Assembly (NCBI GenBank): GCA_028749235.1
Contig: JAQULS010000001.1
Location: 755 to 64,754 of the forward strand
DNA length: 64,000 nucleotides
From: Acidobacteriota bacterium
GTDB lineage: Bacteria > Acidobacteriota > Aminicenantia > Aminicenantales > UBA4085
Direction of reading: 5' to 3'
Part shown: one piece after another, positions 38,403 through 45,821 of the stretch
How the letters are laid out: every line of letters begins with the position of its first letter
Numbering within the stretch: position 1 is the first letter of the stretch
Translations under genes and position numbers: made by a program
The notes under the pieces: model-generated
Seen by the model: only the letters and a program-made list of their open reading frames with translations
Database searches by the model: none
Told to the model about the DNA's origin: nothing

Positions 38403-39866
38403 ATGATGAGTTTCCCCCCTCCTCCTCCCTACCGCGACCTGGACATCCCGGCCGTCGTGGCCGAGGTCGTCCGCCGGATGTCCGCCGAGCGGGCCGCCGG
38501 AAGCGCCGCGGACGCCGCGGCCGGCCCGGAGCCCGCGCATCCCGGGGCGGACGGCGTCTTCCCGACCGTCGACGAAGCCGTGGCGGCCGCCCGCCGGGCC
38601 CAGCCCAAGCTGGCCGCGCTGACCCTCGACCAGCGGGGCCTCATCGTCGACATCATCAAGAAATACTGCGTGGAAAACGCCGCGGAGCTGGCCCACATGG
38701 AGTTCCAAGAGTCCCGCATCGGGCGGGAGGACCACAAGCTCCAGAAGCTGACCATCATCTCCAAGGTCCTCGGCGTCGAGTCCCTGCGGACCAGGGTCCG
38801 GGTCGACGACACCGGGACCGAGTTCATCGCCGCCGCCCCTTTTGGCGTCATCGGCATGGTCACGCCGGCGACGCACAGCGTCCCGACCATGGCCGGCAAC
38901 GCCATCAACGTCATCGCGGCCGGGAACACGGCCGTCTTTTCGCCCCACCCCGCGGCCAGCCGCTGCCTGCAGTACGCCTTGAAGCAGATCAACCGGAGAA
39001 TCCGGGCCAAAACGGGGCTGGAGAACCTGATCACCACCATGGCCAAGCCGTCCATCGAGGCGGCCGGCGAGCTCTTCCGTCATCCGGGCATCGCCATTCT
39101 CAACATCACCGGCGGCCCGGCCGTCGTCAAGGCGGCCATGAAAGCCGGCAAGCGGGTCATCGCCGCGGCGCCGGGCAACCCGCCCGTCGTCGTCGACGAG
39201 ACCGCCGACATCCCGGCCGCCGTCAAGCACATCATCTTCGGGGCCTCCTTCGACAACAACCTCCTGTGCCTCGGCGACAAGGAGGTCTTCGTCGTCGAAG
39301 CGGTCATGGACGAGTTTATGACAGCCATGCGCCGGGCGGGAGCGGTCGAGCTCGCTCCCGGCCAGATCGAGCGCCTGGCCCAGGCCGCCTTCGTCCTCGA
39401 CAAGGCCTCCGGCGAGCGGCACGTGAACCGCGACTTCGTCGGGAAAAGCGCGGCCGTCCTGGGCCGGGCGGCGGGCGCGATCGTAGCCGACTCCGTCGAC
39501 CTGCTGTTCGGCGAGACGGAGGAGAACCATCTTTTCGTCCAGGAGGAGCAGATGATGCCGTTCCTCCCGATCGTCCGGGTCAAGGACGTCGACGCCGCGA
39601 TCGCGGCGGCCAAGCGGGCCGAGCACGGCTACCATCACTCGGCCATGATCCACACCCGGAACGACGAGACGGCCCGGCGGATGGCCCGCATCCTGGACAC
39701 CACCCTGTTCGTCCGCAACGCGGCCTGCACGGCGGCCCTCGGCGTCGACGGGCCGGGCTACCTGAGCTACAGCATCGCCACGGCCACCGGCGAGGGAGTG
39801 ACGACGCCGCTGACCTTCACCCGCCAGCGGCAGATGATCATCGGCGGCCGCTACGACTATTTTTAA
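38403..39866 (+). CDS. CoA-acylating aldehyde dehydrogenase (PduP/EutE family) with N-terminal encapsulation-peptide-like extension
   Basis: Catalytic Cys context FDNNLLCLGDKEV. PduP-like length (487 aa). N-terminus has a Pro-run (PPPPPY) followed by an amphipathic helix DIPAVVAEVVRRMSAE. Confidence 0.85.
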   Translation: MMSFPPPPPYRDLDIPAVVAEVVRRMSAERAAGSAADAAAGPEPAHPGADGVFPTVDEAVAAARRAQPKLAALTLDQRGLIVDIIKKYCVENAAELAHMEFQESRIGREDHKLQKLTIISKVLGVESLRTRVRVDDTGTEFIAAAPFGVIGMVTPATHSVPTMAGNAINVIAAGNTAVFSPHPAASRCLQYALKQINRRIRAKTGLENLITTMAKPSIEAAGELFRHPGIAILNITGGPAVVKAAMKAGKRVIAAAPGNPPVVVDETADIPAAVKHIIFGASFDNNLLCLGDKEVFVVEAVMDEFMTAMRRAGAVELAPGQIERLAQAAFVLDKASGERHVNRDFVGKSAAVLGRAAGAIVADSVDLLFGETEENHLFVQEEQMMPFLPIVRVKDVDAAIAAAKRAEHGYHHSAMIHTRNDETARRMARILDTTLFVRNAACTAALGVDGPGYLSYSIATATGEGVTTPLTFTRQRQMIIGGRYDYF

Positions 39867-39883
39867 ACCGAGGAGAGAATCCG

Positions 39884-40171
39884 GTGTACCTGGCGAGAAT
39901 CGAGGGCTCGGCGGTGACGACCCTTCACCACAAGAGCCTGGTCGGCCGCAAGCTGCTCATCGCCCGGCGCTGCGAGCCCGACGGCCGTCTGGCGGCCGAG
40001 CCGGTACTGGCCCTCGACGCCGTGGGAGCGGGCCTGGGCGACCTGGTCCTGATCTCCACGGACGGCGAGCTGGCCCGCAGCCTGACCGGCCACAAGACGG
40101 CGCCCGTGCGCCTGACGGCCGTGGGCATCGTCGACGCCGTCGACGGACCGAAGCCGGGAGACATCCGATGA
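39884..40171 (+). CDS. BMC-P vertex (pentamer) protein, second paralog
   Basis: VYLARIEGSAVTTLHHKSLVGRKLLIARR...LISTDGELARSL...AVGIVDAVD. GTG start with RBS aggagag. Hidden in the track as the tail of a spurious 626-aa ORF. Confidence 0.7.
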   Translation: MYLARIEGSAVTTLHHKSLVGRKLLIARRCEPDGRLAAEPVLALDAVGAGLGDLVLISTDGELARSLTGHKTAPVRLTAVGIVDAVDGPKPGDIR

Positions 40172-40461
40172 GGCTGGGCATCGTCAAGGGAACCGTGGTC
40201 CTCGGCCGCGGGCTGGCCGCCCTGGAGGGCACCCGCTACCTGATCATCGAGCCCTTGACGTCGGACGACCTGAAAGCCGGCGCCACCCGGGGAAGCGGCC
40301 GGGAAGTCGTGGCCGCCGATCACCTGGCCCCCGGCCCGGGGCAAATGGTCTGCTTTGAAGAGGGCCGCGAAGCCTGCGCTCCGTGGCTTCCGGCCGGCGT
40401 CCCGATCGACGCCTACGTCAGCGGCATCATCGACTCGATATCCTATCAACCGGCGGAATGA
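40168..40461 (+). CDS. BMC-P vertex (pentamer) protein, third paralog
   Basis: MRLGIVKGTVVLGRGLAALEGTRYLIIEPL... 97 aa. ATGA overlap with the previous gene. Confidence 0.78.
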   Translation: MRLGIVKGTVVLGRGLAALEGTRYLIIEPLTSDDLKAGATRGSGREVVAADHLAPGPGQMVCFEEGREACAPWLPAGVPIDAYVSGIIDSISYQPAE

Positions 40462-40465
40462 CAAC

Positions 40466-41587
40466 ATGAAACAGCTTTCCCTGCGGGGCCAAAACGTGAT
40501 TTCGGGCGCGGTCATCGGCCAGGCGGCGCGCGACGGCTGCACGGAGATCCTCATCGACGGCGACGCGGTCGTCACCTCGCTGGCCCTGGATTCCGCCGCG
40601 ATGGCGGGCATCCGCCTCGTCCGCGAAGGAGACGCCCGCCGCTTCGACGCCCCCGCCGGGGCCTTCGCCGCCGCGGGCGGGCCGGCTTCCCCCGAGGTCC
40701 TGTTTGCGTCCGCCGAGGCGCGGGCCGCCAAGGACGAGATCGTGGCCGTCGGCAGGAAGCTCTGGCAGCGATCCTACGTCGACGGCAACGGCGGCAACAT
40801 CTCCTGCCGGATCGGGGACAAGCACGTCCTGTGCACGCCGACCCTGGTCAGCAAGGGCGACCTTACCCCGGACGACCTCTGCCTGGTCGATCTGGACGGG
40901 AACCAGATCGCGGGCCGCAGGAAAAAGACGAGCGAGATCCTGCTCCACCTGGAGATCATGAAGGCCCAGCCCAAGGCCCGGGCCTGCGTCCATGCCCATC
41001 CCCCGCATGCCACGGCCTACGCCATCACGGGCATGGTGCCGCCCGTGCGGGTCATCCCCGAAGCCGAGATCTTCGTCGGATACGCCGCCTTCGCCCCCTA
41101 CGGCACGCCCGGCACGGCCGACATCTCCCGCCACGTCGTCGAGCTCGTCGCCGACCACAACACCATCCTGCTGGGAAATCACGGCGTCATCTGCTGGGCC
41201 GACACGCCCCTGCGCGCCGAATGGTGCATCGAGATCCTCGAGACCTACTGCCAGACGCTCCTTATCGCCTCGCAGTTGAACGTCCCGATCAAGACGATCC
41301 CCTCGGACAAGTCCGCCGCCCTCCTCGACACCAAGAGAAAGTTGAATCTGCCCGATCCCCGCTTGAGCGGACGGGCATGCGACGGGGAGGACCTCGGGAG
41401 CGAGCTGACCGGCATCACCGTCTGCCCGGGCGCCTGCGCCGCCGGCAACGGCCCCTGCCGGCTGAACGGATCGTGCGACTGCCCGCGGGAGCGGACCGGG
41501 ACGCCGGTTCCGAAGCGCGCGAGCGGCGAATCCGAGGCCCTGATCGGCCGCATCGTCGACGAGGTCATGAAGGCCCTCGGCCGATAG
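40466..41587 (+). CDS. class II aldolase/adducin-family protein (fuculose/rhamnulose-1-phosphate aldolase-like) with N-terminal extension, Cys-rich C-terminal segment and terminal encapsulation-peptide-like helix
   Basis: Aldolase core (WQRSYVDGNGGNISCR, HAHPPHATAYAI, LLGNHGVICW). Extra 80 aa at the N-terminus. C-terminal CPGACAAGNGPCRLNGSCDCP then EALIGRIVDEVMKALGR. Confidence 0.8.
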   Translation: MKQLSLRGQNVISGAVIGQAARDGCTEILIDGDAVVTSLALDSAAMAGIRLVREGDARRFDAPAGAFAAAGGPASPEVLFASAEARAAKDEIVAVGRKLWQRSYVDGNGGNISCRIGDKHVLCTPTLVSKGDLTPDDLCLVDLDGNQIAGRRKKTSEILLHLEIMKAQPKARACVHAHPPHATAYAITGMVPPVRVIPEAEIFVGYAAFAPYGTPGTADISRHVVELVADHNTILLGNHGVICWADTPLRAEWCIEILETYCQTLLIASQLNVPIKTIPSDKSAALLDTKRKLNLPDPRLSGRACDGEDLGSELTGITVCPGACAAGNGPCRLNGSCDCPRERTGTPVPKRASGESEALIGRIVDEVMKALGR

Positions 41588-41664
41588 GCCGTCGAGCCGC
41601 GAATCGATCCCCTGCGGCGCCATGAGCCTGCTTCTCGAAGGCCTCCGCCGCTGGGGACGCCCGC

Positions 41665-43401
41665 TCATCGATCGGCCAAGGCCGCCGCTGTGAGATAAAC
41701 CAAGCGGATGATCCGGGCCATCCACTCGGGGTTGATTTTGGCGGCTTCGTCGCCCGTCTGATGATAGTCCGCGTGCATGACGCCCGCCCAGTATAGATAG
41801 GGCACGCCGGCGGCGGCGAAAGGCAGGTAGTCGCTGACGATGCCGGAGCTCTTGACCACGGCTTCGGCCTGCGGCCAGAGATCGATGCCGATCGTCTGAT
41901 CGGCCTGCCGCAGGATCTCGCCCAAGCCACGGCCCGCCGCGAAAGCGACCACGGCGAAATTATCGGCCGAGATGTTTTTTTGCGCCTCGGCCGGGACCTT
42001 GAGCCTCCTCATCCGGGCCTTCAGGCTCTCCTCGTCATAGGTTCGCCCGATCATGTCGAGATTGAGGTAGGCCGCCGCGCGGGACAGGGGGAAAGCGGGC
42101 TTCCGGATATAGGCGGACGAGCCGAGCATACCCAGCTCTTCCCCGGTCCACAGGCAAAAGACGATCGTCCGTTTCGGCTTCACGGGCAAGCCGGCGATCG
42201 CCCGGGCGATCGCCAGGACGCCGGCCGCGCCGCTGCCGTTGTCGTCGGCGCCGTTGAAGACATACCGGTCCCGCCGGCCCAGGTGATCCAGGTGCGCGCC
42301 TATCGTCACGGTTTCGTCTTTCAGCTTCGGATCGCTTCCGGGAATGAAGCCGACGACGTTATGGCAGCGCAGCAGCCGTTCGCACTCGGCCGTCGTCCGG
42401 ATGGTCAGCTTGCCGCCGGCGATTTCAAGGGAGGCCGGCTTCCAATCGCTTTTGATCCTGGCCCGCAGGCCTTCGATGTTCCGCCCCGAAGAGGACAGGA
42501 GGACATCGGCCGCTTCCCGGGTTATGAAGATGGCTCCTCCTTCCCGCTTCGCGCCGGGCAGGGTGCACAGACGGCTCGGCTCCGTGATCAGCGGCCGCTC
42601 GTCGCTCTCCGCGGCCGGCCCCATCTGATCGTAGATATCGCCGTCTTTCATGTCATCCCTGACCACGAGGACGGCGACCGGGCCGAGCTTGGCGACTTCG
42701 GCGGCCTTGTTGAGCGGGCCGATGAAGGAGCGGAACCCCTTGTATTTTTCGGCCAGATCCGCCTTCATGAACGGAGAGGCCGGATCGTCCCGGCCGGGAA
42801 CCCCGTCGAGGATCATGACGATCCGGCCTTTGACGTCCAGCTTGGCGAAGTCGTCATAGCCGATCGAGTCCTCGCGGATGCCGTAGCCGGCGAAAACCAC
42901 GGGCGCGGTAAGCGTCTCCGGGATCCGGTTCCGATAATAGTTCTCCAAGTCGACGCCTTCGTGGAAGACCCGGCCGCCGCCGGCGCTCTCTTGGCTTCCC
43001 TGCCAGGAGAGCGTGCATCCCAGGCCGGTATACTCCTTCATCACGACTTCCTGCAGATAGCTTCGGGCCCCGTCTCCCCCCGAGTCTCCGGCCGGCTCGA
43101 TCCGCCAAAGGGCGAAGAGCGACGCGGCGTACTCGGCCGCCAAGCGATAGCCGCGGGAGCCGGCCTCCCGGCCCTCCAGGAAATCAGAGGCCAGGAAGGA
43201 AAGTAAGGCTCGGGAAGCCGGGCCGGTCAGGGTCTCGAATCCGGCCCGATAGCGCTCCGGAACGGCCGCCCGTGTTTCGACTTTGATCAAGGCGTTATCG
43301 CCGGCCCCGCCGCCTTGTTTTGGTTCCTGCGGCACGGCTTGTCCGGGAACGGCCGCGAAACTGAAAAGAACCAATATCCCTGTCGCAAATGATCGGCGCA
43401 T
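41665..43401 (-). CDS. secreted M28 family aminopeptidase with PA domain
   Basis: Signal peptide MRRSFATGILVLFSFAAVPGQA. Zinc-ligand context HLDHLG...GADDNGSGAAGVLAIA...GEELGMLGS. Start taken at M104 of the track ORF to avoid overlap with the next gene. Confidence 0.8.
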   Translation of the reverse strand: MRRSFATGILVLFSFAAVPGQAVPQEPKQGGGAGDNALIKVETRAAVPERYRAGFETLTGPASRALLSFLASDFLEGREAGSRGYRLAAEYAASLFALWRIEPAGDSGGDGARSYLQEVVMKEYTGLGCTLSWQGSQESAGGGRVFHEGVDLENYYRNRIPETLTAPVVFAGYGIREDSIGYDDFAKLDVKGRIVMILDGVPGRDDPASPFMKADLAEKYKGFRSFIGPLNKAAEVAKLGPVAVLVVRDDMKDGDIYDQMGPAAESDERPLITEPSRLCTLPGAKREGGAIFITREAADVLLSSSGRNIEGLRARIKSDWKPASLEIAGGKLTIRTTAECERLLRCHNVVGFIPGSDPKLKDETVTIGAHLDHLGRRDRYVFNGADDNGSGAAGVLAIARAIAGLPVKPKRTIVFCLWTGEELGMLGSSAYIRKPAFPLSRAAAYLNLDMIGRTYDEESLKARMRRLKVPAEAQKNISADNFAVVAFAAGRGLGEILRQADQTIGIDLWPQAEAVVKSSGIVSDYLPFAAAGVPYLYWAGVMHADYHQTGDEAAKINPEWMARIIRLVYLTAAALADR

Positions 43402-43475
43402 ATCGGAAGCCTCCCAAACGATGGATTCATAGATAGAACGCTTGGCGGCCGGGAACAGGGACATAAAGACGACGG

Positions 43476-44198
43476 TCATTCGGCGGCGATGGCGTTGAGC
43501 GCCTTGCGCCGCTCCTTCCAATCCGGCAGGCACCGGGCCAATAGCGAGTAGAAAGACGCGCCGTGGTCGTGATGCTTGAGGTGGCAGAGCTCGTGCAGGA
43601 CGACGTACTCGACGAGAGACGGAGCCGTTTGCACCAGGCGGGTATTGAAGACGATGCGCCCGTCCCGGCCGCAGCTCCCCCAGCGCCTTTTCATCCAGCG
43701 GAGAGACCACGGCGGCGCGGCGAGGCCGCCGAAGGGATCCGCCTCCAAGCCCCGGTCCAGGGCCGCCGCGAGAACCTGCCCGGCCCGCCGCTTAAGCCAG
43801 GATTCGATCCTGCGGCGGACGGCCTCCCGGTCATGGATGTCCGCGACGGGCACGACGAGAACGCCGTCCGCGAATGCCGCCCGCCTGGCCCGGCCCGGCT
43901 CGATCTTCACGGGATAGGTTTGGCCGAGGATCGAGATCAGGCCCGTTTCGGCGGACTTCGCCGGGGCATGCAATCGGATGCGGGTTTCGCTCTTTCGGAC
44001 GGCGCGTTCGATCCAGGCGGCCTTCTCGCGGGCGAAGGCCAGGACCCGGGCCGGAGCGACGCCGCGGGGGACGGAGGCCCGGACGCGGCCGTCGTCGAGA
44101 ACGGCAATCCGTATCCGCCGCCCCTTGCCCCGCTCCAGAGAAAGGGGGATTTTCCGGGAAGCCGTCTCGAGGATCAGGGTTTCCGCCGCGGGCCTCAC
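43476..44198 (-). CDS. M48-family/DUF45 (YgjP-like) metal-dependent hydrolase
   Basis: HELCHLKHHDH zinc-binding HExxH context near the C-terminus. 240 aa. Confidence 0.75.
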   Translation of the reverse strand: MRPAAETLILETASRKIPLSLERGKGRRIRIAVLDDGRVRASVPRGVAPARVLAFAREKAAWIERAVRKSETRIRLHAPAKSAETGLISILGQTYPVKIEPGRARRAAFADGVLVVPVADIHDREAVRRRIESWLKRRAGQVLAAALDRGLEADPFGGLAAPPWSLRWMKRRWGSCGRDGRIVFNTRLVQTAPSLVEYVVLHELCHLKHHDHGASFYSLLARCLPDWKERRKALNAIAAE

Positions 44199-45763
44199 CC
44201 GAGAAGCTTCCTCTTCTTCAGCCAGCGCTCGCGCAGGCGGACGCTGTCCAGGCCGAGGCAGGCGCCGCCGGACAGGGGATTCTTGCCCAGGCCTTCGAAG
44301 CGCAGGGTGTGCTTGCCCGTCTTCAGGGTGTAGCTCCCCAGGTAGTGCTCCTGGACGAAGAGCGTCTTGGCGTAGAGGTCGTAGTCCTTGGTCTTCTGGC
44401 CGGCCATGTAGTCCTCGGGCTGACCGATGACCTTGCCGTCCAGGAAGATGCGCCAGATGCCGGAATTCTCGGCATGGGTCAGCCAGAGCATGAGGCCTCG
44501 GTACTCTTCCTTGTCCACCGTGAACTCGACTTCGAACACGGGATGGTCGAAGACGGGCTGGAAGAGGATCTGCCCCTCCCCCGTCCAGTCGTAGCCCTTC
44601 TCGAGGCTCACGACCCCGTCCGAGTGCTTGGCCGTCGGGAGCATGGTCTTGGCTTCGATCACCCGGTCGAGCTCGGGCAGGATCCGGTCCGCGAGCGGCG
44701 GCAGTTTGGTGAACCGCTTGGGCTGGCCGATCTGGTACCAGAAGGCGACCGTGGCGATATCGTCCTCGCGCTCGACGTGGCCCTCGGTCTTGCCGCTCTC
44801 CGTCTCGTCGCCGGTGATCCAGCCGGTGTGCTCGATCTCGAAGCGCAGCGACTTGGTGAAGCGGACCGGATCCGGGATGTGCCAGCGGTAGAGCGTGTAG
44901 CGGGCCCCCAGGTCCTCGAAGTCCGGGCTCATGAAGGTGCAGCCGAAATAAGGATAGAGGGCCTGGTTCAAGCCCCAGGCCATCAGGAAATAGTCCTCCG
45001 TCCCCGTGCCCTGAATGCTCGGCTTCGCGTCGCCGTCGACGTAAAACTTGGCGTCGCCCTCGCCGAACCAGAAGGGGCTGCGGGAGCGCGCCGAAAGGAC
45101 GGTGCCGATGTAATGCCCTTCGCCCTCGGCGTCCAGGATCAGGTAGTCGTGCCCCGTCTTCTCGGGGAACTCGTTGCGGTACTGGGCGCAGAAATATCCC
45201 GTCCGGGGCGGCACGGGCTGCTCGGTGTAGTCGATGTGATAGTAGAAGGAGCGGACGTTCTTGGCTCCTTCATTGGTCACGGTGATGAGGCCGCGCTTAT
45301 GGAAAGGCATCGGAAAGTAGACGTTGTAGCCGTCGCCGCCCTCGACCATCATCGGCAGGGAGGCGATCTCGCGCCGCGCGCCGAAGCCCGCGGCGAAGAA
45401 GTCGCCGAGCGGCGCCTCGACCGCCGGCTCCTTGGCGTCGTCCCAGTACATCCGCAGGACGATCTCGTCGGGGCGGGCCGAGCCGGTCGGCTCCAGCCAG
45501 TTCGGCCGGGCCTCGTTGAAGGTCAGCCAGATGTGGTTGATCACCGCCGGTCCCTTGATGTCGGCCAGGACCTTGGTCTCGCCGGGGACGATGTACCGGA
45601 CGCGGTCGCCGTTGCCGGCCGGATTCGGATCGGCGGACGTGACCGCTTTCGACCGGCCCGGCTGGATTTGGGCCAACCCGGCCAGGTCTTGCGCGGACAG
45701 CCCGGCGGCGACGAGAAGCAGGAACCCGGCCGTCAGGAGACGGCGGGAGACGAATGAGCGCAT
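44195..45763 (-). CDS. secreted DUF2961 domain protein (family reported as glycoside hydrolase GH172)
   Basis: Signal peptide. Conserved DUF2961-like regions (GTGTEDYFLMAWG, YRWHIPDPVRF). 522 aa. Family call from memory of motif pattern. Confidence 0.6.
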   Translation of the reverse strand: MRSFVSRRLLTAGFLLLVAAGLSAQDLAGLAQIQPGRSKAVTSADPNPAGNGDRVRYIVPGETKVLADIKGPAVINHIWLTFNEARPNWLEPTGSARPDEIVLRMYWDDAKEPAVEAPLGDFFAAGFGARREIASLPMMVEGGDGYNVYFPMPFHKRGLITVTNEGAKNVRSFYYHIDYTEQPVPPRTGYFCAQYRNEFPEKTGHDYLILDAEGEGHYIGTVLSARSRSPFWFGEGDAKFYVDGDAKPSIQGTGTEDYFLMAWGLNQALYPYFGCTFMSPDFEDLGARYTLYRWHIPDPVRFTKSLRFEIEHTGWITGDETESGKTEGHVEREDDIATVAFWYQIGQPKRFTKLPPLADRILPELDRVIEAKTMLPTAKHSDGVVSLEKGYDWTGEGQILFQPVFDHPVFEVEFTVDKEEYRGLMLWLTHAENSGIWRIFLDGKVIGQPEDYMAGQKTKDYDLYAKTLFVQEHYLGSYTLKTGKHTLRFEGLGKNPLSGGACLGLDSVRLRERWLKKRKLLG

Positions 45764-45821
45764 GACGGACCTCCTCGAAACTTCTCCCCTGTCATCGGAA
45801 AACCGGGGCCGGGCGCCGCGC

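Noticed and set aside
38291-39880. First about 530 aa of a 626-aa + strand ORF rich in Arg/Gly/Pro
   Set aside because: Alternate frame of the aldehyde dehydrogenase gene. Only its last 95 codons, from GTG 39884, form a genuine BMC-P gene, which is reported separately.
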